From Mobula hypostoma (lineage: Eukaryota), in NCBI RefSeq assembly GCF_963921235.1, contig NC_086097.1, positions 154,878,001 to 154,942,000 on the forward strand: a stretch of 64,000 bases of DNA, in the 5' to 3' direction. This document shows, in pieces, positions 47,350 to 60,082 of the stretch. The position numbers were made by a program, and so were the translations under genes. The first letter of the stretch is position 1. Each line of letters opens with the position of its first letter. Below the pieces are notes generated by a model that ran no database searches, was not told where the DNA came from, and saw only the letters and a program-made list of their open reading frames with translations.

Positions 47350-50300
47350 GACTCCCGGGAGTCTCAGATGGTATGTTGCCTCCCTGGTGCCGGGGTCCGG
47401 GACATCTCAGATCGGGTGCAGGTTATTCTCGAGAGGGAGGGCAAGAATCCAGATATTGTAGCCCATGTAGGGACCAACGACATGGGTAGGAAGAGTGAGG
47501 GGGTCCTGTGTAGTGAGTTCAAGGAGTTAGGTGCGAAGCTGAAGGGCAGGACATCCAGGGTAACAATCTCAGGATTGCTACCTCTGCCACGTGCGAGTGA
47601 GAGGTAGAACAGAAGGATTATACAGACCAATACGTGGCTGAGAGGATGGTCCAGGAGGGAGGGCTTCAGGGTTTTAGATAATTGGGCTTTGTTCCAGGGA
47701 AGGAGGGATCTGTTCCGACGGGACCATTTACACCTGAACTGGAGGGGTACTAACATTCTTGCAGGAAAGTTTGCTAGTGCTGCTTGGGGGGGGGGGTTTA
47801 ATCTAAATTTGCAGGGGGCAGGGATCCAGAATGTGAGAGAGGATAGCGAGATAGAAACATACAAAATAGGTGCAGGAGTAGGCCATTCGGCCCTTCGAGC
47901 CTGCACCACCATTTATTATGATCATGGCTGATCATCCAACTCAGAATCCCGCCCCAGCCTTCCCTCCATACCCCCTGATCCACGTAGCCACAAGGGCCAT
48001 ATCTAACTCCCTCTTAAATATAGCCAATGAACTGGCCTCAATTGTTTCCTGTGGCAGAGAATTCCACAGATTCACCACTCTCTGTGTGAAGAAGTTTTTC
48101 CTAATCTCGGTCCTAAAAGGCTTCCCCTTTATCCTCAAACTGTGACCCCTTGTTCTGGACTTCCCCAACATCGGGAACAATCTTCCTGCATCTAGCCTGT
48201 CCAATCCCTTTAGGATTTTATACGTTTCAATCAGATCCCCCCTCAATCTTCTAAATTCCAATGAGTACAAGCCCAGTTCATCCAGCCTTTCTTCATATGA
48301 AAGTCCTGCCATCCCAGGAATCAATCTGGTGAACCTTCTTTGTACTCCCTCTATGGCAAGGATGTCTTTCCTCAGATTAGGGGACCAGAACTGCACACAA
48401 TACTCCAGGTGTGGTCTCACCAAGCCCTTGTACAACTGCAGTAGTACCTCCCTGCTCCTGTACTCGAATCCTCTCGCTATAAATGCCAGCATACCATTTG
48501 CCTTTTTCACCGCCTGCTGTACCTGCATGCCCACTTTCAATGACTGGTGTATAATGACACCCAGGTCTCGTTGCACCTCCCCTTTTCCTAATCGGCCACC
48601 ATTCAGATAATAATCTGTTTTCCTATTTTTGCCACCAAAGTGGATAACTTCACATTTATCCACATTAAATTGCATCTGCCATGAATTTGCCCACTCACCC
48701 AACCTATCCAAGTCACTCTGCATCCTCTTAGCATCCTCTTCACAGCTAACACTGCCACCCAGCTTTGTGTCATCCGCAAACTTGCAGATGCTGCATTTAA
48801 TTTCCTCATCCAAGTCATTAATATATATTGTAAACAACTGGGGTCCCAGCACTGAGCCTTGCAGTACCCCACTAGTCACCGCCTGCCATTCTGAAAAGGT
48901 CCCGTTTATTCCCACTCTTTGCTTCCTGTCTGCTAACCAATTCTCCATCCATATCAATACCTTACCCCCAATACCGTGTGCTTTAAGTTTGCACACTAAT
49001 CTCCTGTGTGGGGCCTTGTCAAAAGCCTTTTGAAAATCCAAATATACCACATCCACTGGTTCTCCCCTATCCACTCTACTAGTTACATCCTCAAAAAATT
49101 CTATGAGATTCATCAGACATGATTTTCCTTTCACAAATCCATGCTGACTTTGTCCGATGATTTCACCGCTTTCCAAATGTGCTGTTATCACATCTTTGAT
49201 AACTGACTCCAGCAGTTTCCCCACCACCGACATTAGGCTAACCGGTCTATAATTCCCCGGTTCCTCTCTCCCTCCTTTTTTAAAAAGTGGAGTTACATTA
49301 GCCACCCTCCAATCCTCAGGAACTAGTCCAGAATCTAACGAGTTTTGAAAAATTATCACTAATGCATCCACTATTTCTTGGGCTACTTCCTTAAGCACTC
49401 TAGGATGCAGACCATCTGGCCCTGGGGATTTATCTGCCTTCAATCCCTTCAATTTACCTAACACCACTTCCCTACTAACATGTATTTCCCTCAGTTCCTC
49501 CATCTCACTGGACCCTCTGTCCCTTACTATTTCTGGAAGATTATTTATGTCCTCCTTAGTGAAGACAGAACCAAAGTAATTATTCAATTGGTCTGCCATG
49601 TCCTTGCTCCCCATAATCAATTCACCTGTTTCTGTCTGTAGGGGACCTACATTTGTCTTTACCAGTCTTTTCCTTTTTACATATCTATAAAAGCTTTTAC
49701 AGTCAGTTTTTATGTTCCCTGCCAGTTTTCTCTCATAATCTTTTTTCACCTTCCTAATTAAGCCCTTTGTCCTCCTCTGCTGAACTCTGAATTTCTCCCA
49801 GTCCTCAGGTGAACCACTTTCTCTGGCTAATTTGTATGCTTCTTCTTTGGAATTGATACTATTCCTAATTTCTCTTGTCAGCCACGGGTGCACTACCTTC
49901 CTTGATTTATTCTTTTGCCAAACTGGGATGAACAATTGTTGTAGTTCATCCATGCAACCTTTAAATGCTTGCCATTGCATATCCACTGTCAATCCTTTAA
50001 GTGTCATTTGCCCATCTATCTTAGCTAATTCACGTCTCATACCTTCAAAGTTACCCCTCTTTAAGTTCAGAACCTTTGTTTCTGAATTAACTATGTCACT
50101 CTCCATCTTAATGAAGAATTCCACCATATTATGGTCACTCTTACCCAAGGGGCCTCTCACGACAAGATTGCTAATTAACCCTTCCTCATTGCTCAAAACC
50201 CAGCCCAGAATAGCCTGCTCTCTAGTTGGTTCCTCGACATGTTGGTTCAAAAAACCATCCCGCATACATTCCAAGAAATTCTCTTCCTCAGCACCTTTAC

Positions 50301-53300
50301 CAATGTGGTTCACCCAATCTACATGTAGATGAAGTATAAAGGACAGGTGGGGACTACACGGTTCCAGGATATTAAGTGTGAAGTAGAGAAAGATGAGGCA
50401 GAACGAGTGATAAGGATATGTGCAGAGGGATGGTCTGATGGAACATGGAGTTAAATGTGCAGAAAGAGTAAGTAAATTTAAGAAGGACAACAAAATTCAA
50501 GGGGCGTATAGCCCGGTGAGAGTTCGAGGAGCTGGGTTATGCACAATAGGTCGCGATTTAAGCAGAGAGAGGAGAAATGGGTTAAAAATTCTATATCTGA
50601 ATGCGCGAAGCGTCAGAAATAAGGCGGATGAGCTTGAAGCTCAGGTGCGAATGGGTAACTATGACGTTGTTGGGATAACGGAGACATGGCTGCAGGGGGA
50701 TCAGACCTGGGAATTGAATGTACAAGGGTATACGTGCTATCGAAGGGACAGAAAGGTGGGCAGAGGGGGTGGGGTGGCCCTGTTGGTGAGGAATGAGATT
50801 CAGTCCCTTGCAAGGGGGAACATAGAATCAGGAGAAGTAGAATCAGTGTGGATAGAACTGAGGAACAGTAAGGGTAAAAAGACCCTAATAGGTGTTATCT
50901 ACAGGCCCCAAAACAGTAGCATCGATATTGGGTGCAAGTTGAATAGGGAGTTAACAATGGCATGTGGCAAAGGAAATGTCACAGTAGTTATGGGGGATTT
51001 CAACATGCAGGTGAACTGGGAAAATCAGGTTGGTACTGGACCCCAGGGTAGGGAGTTTGTAGAGTGACTACGGGATGCATTTTTGGAGCAGCTTGTATGA
51101 GAGCCGACCAGGGATGAGGCTATTCTGGATTTAGTGTTGTGCAATGAACAGGATTTGATAAGTGATCTTGAAGTAAAGGAGCCATGAGGAGATAGTGACC
51201 ATAATATGATAAGTTTTTATACGCAAGTTGAGAGGGATAAGGGCAGATCAAAAGTGTCAGTATTGCAGTTGAACAAAGGAGACTATGGAGCCATGAGGGA
51301 GGAGCTGGCCAAAGTTGACTGGTCGGATATCCTAGCAGAAAAGACAGTGGAACAGCAATGGCAGGTATTCTTGGGAATAGTGCACAAGGTGCAAAATCAG
51401 TTCATCCCCTGGAGAAGGAAGGATTCAAAGGGGGGAAAGTGGCCACAGTGGTTGACAAAGGAAGTCAGAGATAGCATAGCATTAAAAAAAGTATAACAGA
51501 GCTAAGGTGAGTGGGAAGACGGATGATTGGGAAATTTTTAAGGAGCAACAGAACTTAACTAAAAAGGCAATACGGGGAGAAAAAATGAGGTATGAATGCA
51601 AGCTAGCTAGGAATATAAAGGAGGATAGGAAAAGTTTTTTTAGGTATGTGAAGAGAAGGAAGATAGCTAAGAACAATGTTGGGCCCTTGAAGAATGAATT
51701 GGGAGAAATTGTTATGGGAAACAGAGAAATGGCAGACGAATTTAATAAGTACTTTGGATCTGTCTTCACTAGGGAAGACACAAGCAATCTCCCAGATGTA
51801 TGGATGGGCCAAGGACATAGGGTAACAGAGGAACTGAAACAGATTAACATTAGGAAGGAAACAGTGATGAGTAGACTAATGGGACTGAAGGCTAACAAAT
51901 CCCCGGGTCCAGATGGTCTGCATCCTAGGGTACTAAAGGAGATGGCTCTGGAAATTGCGGATGCATTAGTGAACATTTTCCAATGTTCCTTAGATTCAGG
52001 ATCAGTTCCTGAGGATTGGTGAATGGCTAATGTTATCCCACTTTTTAAGAAAGGAGGGAGGGAGAAAACGGAGAACTATCGCCCTGTTAGCCTAACATCA
52101 GTAGTGGGGAAGATGCTAGAGTCCATTATTAAAGATGAAATAGCAGCATATCTTGATAGCAGTGATAGGATTGGGCCGAGCCAGCATGGATTTACCAAAG
52201 GCAAATCATGCTTGACTAATCTATTGGAGTTTTTCAAGGATGTAACCAGGGAGATAGACGCGGGAGATCCTGTGGATGTGGTGTACCTTGACTTTCAGAA
52301 GGCATTTGATAAGGTACCACATAGGAGATTGGTGGGTAAAATCAGAGCTCATGGCATTGGGGGGAGGATATTGACATGGATAGAAAACTGGTTGGCAGAT
52401 AGAAAGCAAAGGGTAGTAGTGAATGGGTGTTTCTCGGAATGGCAGGTGGTGATTAGTGGGGTGCCACAGGGCTCGGTATTGGGACCTCAGCTGTTTACGA
52501 TTTACATCAATGATTTAGAGGAAGGCATTGTGAATAACATCAGCAAGTTTGCTGATGATACTAAGTTGGGTGGCAGTGTGACATGTGATGAGGATGTTAG
52601 GAGAATTCAAGGTGACTTGGAAAGGCTGAGTGAGTGGGCAGAAACTTGGCAGATGGCGTTTAATGTGAATAAGTGTGAGGTTATTCACTTTGGGAGCAAG
52701 AACAGGAAGGCAGATTATTATCTGAACGGTGTGGAGTTAGGTAAGGGAGAAATACAAAGAGATCTCGGAGTACTTGTTCATCAGTCTCTGAAGGTGAATG
52801 AGCAAGTGCAGCAGGCAGTGAAGAAGGCTAATGGAAAGTTGGCCTTTATTACAAAGGGAATTGAGTACAAGAGCAAGGAAATCCTTTTGCATTTGTACAG
52901 GGCCCTGGTGAGACCACACCTGGAGTATTGTGTGCAGTTTTGGTCTCCAGGGTTAAGGAAGGACATCCTGGCTGTGGAGGAGGTGCAGCGTAGGTTCACT
53001 AGGTTAATTCCTGGGATGTCCAGACTGTCTTATGCAGAGAGGTTAGAGAGACTGGGCTTGTACACGCTGGAATTAAGGAGATTGAGGGGGGATCTGATTG
53101 AGACATATAAGATTATTAAGGGATTGGGCAAGATAGAGGCAGGAAATATGTTCCAGATGCTGGGAGAGTCCAGTACCAGAGGGCATGGTTTAAGAATAAG
53201 GGGTAGGTCATTTAGGACAGAGTTGAGGAGGAACTTCTTCTCCCAGAGAGTTGTGGAGGTGTGGAACGCGCTGCCTCAGAAGGCAGTGGAGGCCAATTCT

Positions 53301-53472
53301 CTGAATGCTTTCAAGAAGGAGCTAGATAGGTATCTTATGGATAGGGGAATCAAGGGTTATGGGGACAAGGCAGGAACCGAGTATTGATAGTAAATGATCA
53401 GCCATGATCTTAGAATGGCGGTGCAGGCTCGAAGGGCTGAATGGTCTACTTCTACACCTATTGTCTATTGTC
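47350..53472 (+). mobile_element. CR1 LINE subfamily 'D' (ORF1 esterase 3' part at 47350-47850, ORF2 at 50335-53387, 3' tail), split by the nested subfamily 'C' element
   Basis: CLPGA..HVGTND..DHLHLN before the nest; YLNARS, ITETWL, GDFN and a complete RT after it, with several in-frame stops; (TCTATTG)n tail. Confidence 0.93.
47851..50333 (-). mobile_element. CR1 LINE subfamily 'C', 5'-truncated within APE, with uninterrupted ORF2 remainder, nested in subfamily 'D'
   Basis: ORF 47941-50493 is open from the HVDWVN region through RT to the stop; its first ~55 residues are read-through from the host element. Confidence 0.95.
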
Positions 53473-53479
53473 AATATCA

Positions 53480-55995
53480 ACCATCTTACTGAAAAATGTA
53501 CAGTCTGTAGTAAATAAAATCAAACATCTCAGAGCTAGGTGCTGTATCAGAGGGATATTAGGACCACGTGCGTCCTTTGTTTCACGGAAACCTGGTTAAC
53601 CCCTTCCGTACCTGACGCAGTGATTCAGATTCACTGTACACTGTCAAGATAGGACTGTTGAGTCTTTCAAAAGCAGAGGAGGAGGTGTGTGCCCTCATGA
53701 TCAACTCCTCTTGGTGTACAAATGTATCAGTGCTGTCTCAGTTTTGCTCACTAGACCTGGAATATCCCTAAAATCACTAAATAAATCCCATCAACAGATC
53801 ACTTGTAATACCAGAGGAAACAATACACTGGACCACTGTTACACCACCATGAAGAATGCCTACCATGCTATTTCATACCCTCACTTCAGAAAGTCTGATT
53901 ATCTGCCTGTACTTCTACTCCCTGAGTACAGGCAGAGACTGAAGACTGCAGCACCAGCAGTGAGGACCAAGAAGGTATGGACAAGAGAAGTGCAGGAACA
54001 CTTACAGGACTGCTTTGAATTGGTGGACTGGACTGTATTCAGGGTTTCATACTTCAAACCTAGATGAGAATGCCGCAGTTGTTATCGACTTCATTAAAAC
54101 CTATGTGGATCAGAGTGTGCCTATGAAAACTTGTTGTACATTCCCAAACCAAAAGCCATGGATGAACCAGGAGGTTTGTCATCTGCTGAGGGCTAGATCT
54201 GTGGCATTTAGGTCGGGTGATCCAGGTCTGTACCAGACAACCAGGTACGTACGACTTGCAGGGGACTATTTCAATAGTGAAGAGACAATTATGAGCAAGA
54301 TTGGAGGCGACATCCTGATGTATGTCAACTCTGGCAGGGTTTGCAAGACATTACTTGCTACAAAGCAAAACCCTTTTATGCCCACTTTGAAAGGGAGAGT
54401 ATAACTACTGCCGTGAAGACCCCTATAGCACCTGGTGACCCTATGTCTCGGAGGTCCATGTTAGGGTGTCTTTAAGGAGGACAAACCCTTGCAAGGCGGC
54501 AGGCCCTGATGGAGTACCTGGTAAGGCTCTGAAAACTTGTGCTATCCAATTAGCAGGAGTATTCAAGGACATTTCAACCGCTCACTGCTACGGTTGGAAG
54601 TTCCCACCTGCTTCAAAAAGGCAATGATTATACCAGTGCCTAAGAAGAGTAGTGTGAGCTGCCTTAATGACTATCATCCAATAGCACTCACAACTACGGA
54701 GACAAAATGCTTTGAGAGGTTGGTTATGATTAGAAGGAACTCCTGCCTCAGCAAGGACCTGGACCCACTGCAATTTGCCTATTGCCACAATAGGTCAACA
54801 GCAGCCGCAATCTCAATGGATTTTCACACGGCCTTATATCATCTGGATAATACAAATACCTATGTCAGGATGTTGTTCAATGTTTAATATCATCATTCTC
54901 ACAGTCCTGATCAATAAGCTACAGAGCCTGGACTTCTGGACCTCCCTCAACTTCCTAACTGGAAGACCACAATCTGTGAAGATTGGTGATGATATCTGCT
55001 CCTTGCTGACGATCAGCACTGGTGCAGCTCAGGAGTGTGTGGTTAGCCCACTGCTCTACTCTCTCTATACCCATGACTATGTGGCTAGGTATAACTCTAA
55101 TACCATCTATAAATTTGCTGATGATACAATCATTGTTGGTAGAATCTCAGATGGAGATGAGAGAGCATACAGGAGCAAGATATGCCAGCTAGTTGAAGGG
55201 TGTCACAGCAACAAACTTGTACTCAATGTCAGTAAGACAAAAAAGCTGATTGTTGACTTCAAAAAGGGTAAGATGAGGGAACATGAACCAATCCTTGTAG
55301 AGAGATCAGAAGTGGAGAGAGTGAGCAATTTCAAGTTCCTGGGTATCAAGAACCCTGAGGATCTAACTTGGTCTCAACATATCAATGCAGCTCTAAAGAA
55401 GGCAAAACAGTGGCTATCTTTCATTAGGAATTTGAAGAAATTTGGTTTGTCAACTAAAACACTTGAAAGCTTCTATAGATATACAGTGGAAAGCATTCTG
55501 ACAGGCTGCATCACTGTCTGGTATGGGGGCTACTACACAGGACCAAAAGAATCTACAGAAAGTTGTAAAATTAGCCAGCTCCACCTTGGGTACCAGCTTC
55601 CGTAGTATCCAAGACATCTTCAAAGAGTAGTGCCTCAGAAAGGCGAGGTACAATATTAAGGACCCCCATCACCCAGGGCATGCTCTCTTCTCATTGTTGC
55701 CATCAGGAAGGAGGTACAGAATCCTGAAGGCACACACTTAATGATTCAGGAACAGCTTCTTCCCCTCTGCCATATGATTTCTAAATGGACACTGAACCCA
55801 TGAACAATGCCTGACTTTTTAAAATATACATTATTTCTGTTTTGCACTACTTTAATCTATTCAACATATATGCTTACTGTAATTGATATATTTTCTTTCT
55901 CTTTCTATATTGTCATGTATTGCATGGTACTGTTGCTGCTAAGTTAACAAGTTTCACATCACATGCCAGTGATAATAAACCTGATTCTGATTCTT
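53480..55995 (+). mobile_element. Older Rex1/Babar LINE (APE plus RT, many frameshifts and deletions)
   Basis: [45 protein letters not shown]; tail GATAATAAACCTGATTCTGATTCT. Confidence 0.88.
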
Positions 55996-57509
55996 ATACC
56001 GGAAGAATTGGATCAGCCCATCATGGAAAGGCAGTGTAGACTTGATGGGCCAAATGGTTTACTTCTGCTCCTATATCTTATGGTCTTTACTTTCTACATG
56101 GTTATAAAAGCTCTTGTTAGCCAGAAAGAACTGTAATCTACAAATCAGTGAACTGGAATGAGGCAAGGGCCATGGAATCCCACAAAGTAAAAGTCCGTGT
56201 CTTGCCATTGGTTACAGGAATGGAGATGGCCATTTTGAGACACCGTCCTTGCAGCTGCTATTTTGTGAGCTGCTTGGTGAACTGAATCTTACTCCAGAAT
56301 AATCGGAGCAACTGAACATGGACACAATGAGTTTTCTGCTGAGACCATTTTCAGGTAAGCTCTTTATTATGTAAAATGGAGCTTGAAGAAGGAACAACCT
56401 GTGATCTGGTTGCCTAATCTGTTTAGACTGGTTTGAATCAGTTTGGATTGGATAGAACGAAAGAAATTACCTAAGGCACAAAGGTGAATGAAACGGCCAT
56501 AAAGCAGTATTGCTTGTAGCCCTGGGCCTCATCCAATGAGAACAGACACAGGTCATTAAAATGACCTGGAGCCAACAAAATTGAAACATCATAGATTGAT
56601 CTGATAAGGAAAAGAATAAGAATTGAGAACTTTATGAGTACAGGCACTGACAACTCTGCAGAGACCAACAACTCCTGACGTAGGAAATGTGGAGATTACA
56701 TCGGGATCAAGGAGAAAGCCTGGCCAGCATAGACTCCTTATCCTAGGTATTGCCTTTTCTTTGACTGATCATGGAGGGTCAGGGAAACCTAGTGGCTATG
56801 CACACAGCTATTCAGTTTGCAATTTCATGTTCTTCTTAGATGAGACAATACAGGTCAATACATAAAGATACCCTCTGTGCCTGACTGATCAATATTTTTG
56901 AGTTAATCTTTGTAACACTCTTAATAATCGTCTTAACAATGCCTGTAAGCAATTTAAAAAATCAATTTTCCTCGTGGCGTTTGCAAATTCCCTTCCTATT
57001 GTTTTGAAGGTACAAGTCACTTAATCCTACACATCTTTTATCATAATTTTATCAGTCCCCACCTGGAAATTTCAAATTAAGTTTAATCTCTTTAAGTCAA
57101 TCGTGCCTCTGGCACAGCTCCTTATTTTCCCCATGAGACTGTACATTTTGGCTTTTTTAAAAATCTCATCTAGAATTTTTTCCTACTGCTTAATTAATTA
57201 TTTTCAACCTTTCTCCCTATTACCCCTGGGCCTATCTATTCCCCATTGCAATCCATACATTTTCTGTCTCTTTTCTTTTACTGAAACTCTGTGGTAAACA
57301 CCGCATTGTATTCAATTTCCCATTGTTCACTGGTTCCTTTATCAATAGTTCCATTCGTTTTCATGAACTACAGCAATAGCTAGGAAAGATCTAGAAAGCA
57401 GAATGGGGAGCATTCTAAACTATACTCTCTGCTGAATACTTCACTAGTAACACACATAAAAGTTGCTGGTGAACGCAGCAGGCCAGGCAGCATCTCTAGG
57501 AAGAGGTGC

Positions 57510-57545
57510 AGTCGACGTTTCGGGCCGAGACCCTTCATCAGGACT
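57510..57545 (-). ncRNA. Minimal type I hammerhead ribozyme of the Penelope-like element, core intact
   Basis: Minus strand reads AGTC CTGATGA A GGG TCTCGG CCC GAAA CG TC GACT: stem I AGTC/GACT, stem II GGG/CCC, palindromic ACGT stem III, GUC site. Confidence 0.85.
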
Positions 57546-59388
57546 AACTGAAGGAAGAGCTAGTAAGGGATTTGACAGTTGGAGGGGGAGGGGGAGATGC
57601 AAAATGATAGGAGAAGACAGGAGGGGGAGGGATGGAGCCAGGAGCTGGACAGGTGATAGGCAAAAGGGATATGAGAGGATCATGGGACAGGAGGTCCGGG
57701 AAGAAAGACAAGGCGGGGGGGGGGACCCAGAGGATGGGCAAGGGGTATAGTCAGAGGGACAGAGGGAGAAAAAGGACAGTGAGAGAAAGAATGTGTGTAT
57801 AAAAATAAATAACAGATGGGGTACCAGGGGGAGGTGGGGCATTAGCGGAAGTTAGAGAAGTCGATGTTCATGCCATCAGGTTGGAGGCTACCCAGACGGA
57901 ATATAAGGTGTTGTTCCTCCAACCTGAGTGTGGCTTCATCTTTACAGTAGAGGAGGCCGTGGATAGACATTTCAGAATGGGAATGGGATGTGGAATTAAA
58001 ATGTGTGGCCACTGGGAGATTCTGCTTTCTCTGGCGGACAGAGCGTAGATGTTCAGCAAAGCGGTCTCCCAGTCTGCGTCGGGTCTCGCCAATATATAAA
58101 AGGCCACATCGGGAGCACCGGACGCAGTATATCACCCCAGCCAACTCACAGGTGAAGTGTTGCCTCACCTGGAAGGACTGTTTGGGGCCCTGAATGGTGG
58201 TAAGGGAGGAAGTGTAAGGGCATGTGTAGCACTTGTTCCGCTTACACGGATAAGTGCCAGGAGGGAGATCAGTGGGGAGGGATGGGGGGGACGAATGGAC
58301 AAGGGAGTTGCATAGGGAGCAATCCCTGCGGAATGCAGAGGGGGGGGGAAGGGAAAGATGTGCTTAGTGGTGGGATCCCATTGGAGGTGGCGGAAGTTAC
58401 AGAGAATAATATGTTGGACCCGGAGGCTGGTGGGGTGGTAGGTGAGGACCAGGGGAACCCTATTCCTGGTGGGGTGGCGGGAGGATGGAGCAGATGTACG
58501 TGAAATGGGGGAGATGCGTTTAAGACCAGAGTTGATAGTGGAGGAAGGGAAGCCCCTTTCTTTAAAAAAGGAAGACATCTCCGTCGTCCTAGAATGAAAA
58601 GCCTCACCCTGAGAGCAGATGCGGCGGAGACGGAGGAATTACGAGAAGGGGATGGTGTTTTTGCAAGAGACAGGGTGAGAAGAGGAATCCGTGTAAGCGG
58701 AACAAGGGCTACACATGCCCTTACACTTCCTCCCTTACCACCATTCAGGGCCCCAGACAGTCCTTCCAGGTGAGGCAACACTTCACCTGTGAGTCGGCTG
58801 GGGTGATATACTGCATCCGGTGCTCCCGATGTGGCCTTTTATATATTGGCGAGACCCGACGCAGACTGGGAGACCGCTTTGCTGAACATTTATGCTCTGT
58901 CCGCCAGAGAAAGCAGGATCTCCCAGTGGCCACACATTTTAATTCCACATCCCATTCCCATTCTGACATGTCTATCCACGGCCTCCTCTACTGTAAAGAT
59001 GAAGCCACACTCAGGTTGGAGGAACAACACCTTATATTCCGTCTGGGTAGCCTCCAACCTGATGGCATGAACATCGACTTCTCTAACTTCCGCTAATGCC
59101 CCACCTCCCCCTCGTACCCCATCTGTTACTTATTTTTATACACACATTCTTTCTCTCACTCTCCTTTTTCTCCCTCTGTCCCTCTGAATATACCCCTTGC
59201 CCTTCCTCTGGGTCCCCCCCCCTTGTCTTTCTTCCCGGACCTCCTGTCCCATGATCCTCTCATATCCCTTTTGCCAATCACCTGTCCAGCTCTCGGCTCC
59301 ATCCCTCCCCCTCCTGTCTTCTCCTATCATTTTGGATCTCCCCCTCCCCCTCCAACTTTCAAATCCCTTACTCACTCTTCCTTCAGTT

Positions 59389-59424
59389 AGTCCTGACGAA
59401 GGGTCTCGGCCTGAAACGTCGACT
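59389..59424 (+). ncRNA. Minimal type I hammerhead ribozyme of the Penelope-like element, core intact, G-U at the stem II base
   Basis: AGTC CTGACGA A GGGTCTCGGCCT GAAA CG TC GACT. Confidence 0.8.
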
Positions 59425-60082
59425 GCACCTCTTCCTACAGATGCTGCCTGGCCTGCTGCATTCACCAGCAACTTTTATGTGTGTTGCTTGAATTTCCAGC
59501 ATCTGCAGAATTCCTGTTGTTTGCGTTTTTACTTCACTAGTGATGCTGATTCTACCACTATTTCTGCCTTTCAATCTCTCCTGAAAATACTTCAGTCAGG
59601 AAACTTTTGTTCCCAAACCAATCCAAATATGAACCAAGTCTTGCTTATGATTTTTATTCTGCATTCTATAAGTTATTAAATTCCTCCACAACTGCACATC
59701 AAGCTACTCTTGAAGGAAATACATAGAATGCTGGCATTGATGATGTTATCAGAACAATAACAGATGGAATTTAATTCAGGTGTGTGAGTTTATGCATTTT
59801 GTGATCACTAATAAGGGAAAGAGATACATAGAGATCGATCATACCCTGAGGAGTATTGAGGAATAGAGGGAACAGTGTACAAGTTCAAGTTTCATTTAAA
59901 TGTGCAGCATGTGTAGAAAAGGCGATAAAGGCATATGAGGTACTTGTCTTCATTAACTCCTGTGATAGTTTATAAGCACTGGGAGGTTATGGAACAACTT
60001 GATAAAACATTAGTTATGCCATTGCTGGAGTAGTGTGTACATATCTGGTCAGCACACAATTGAAAGGACATAACTGTACTGA

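Larger units (their letters stand above)
57448..59527. mobile_element. Penelope-like element (Neptune type): - arm about 57448-58688 and + arm about 58688-59527, head-to-head
   Basis: Mirror GIY-YIG ORFs 57842-58168 (-) and 58770-59096 (+); FFKERGFP..RVPLVLTYHP linker in the - arm; same family as 19160-20556. Confidence 0.93.

Noticed and set aside
47941..50493. 850-aa ORF as an intact autonomous LINE protein
   Set aside because: The N-terminal half of the endonuclease is missing and the first ~55 residues come from the antisense host element.
56218..56354. Plus-strand exon-like segment (ttacag ... CAGgtaagc)
   Set aside because: All three frames contain stops and no partner exons were found; a non-coding antisense exon cannot be supported without RNA data.
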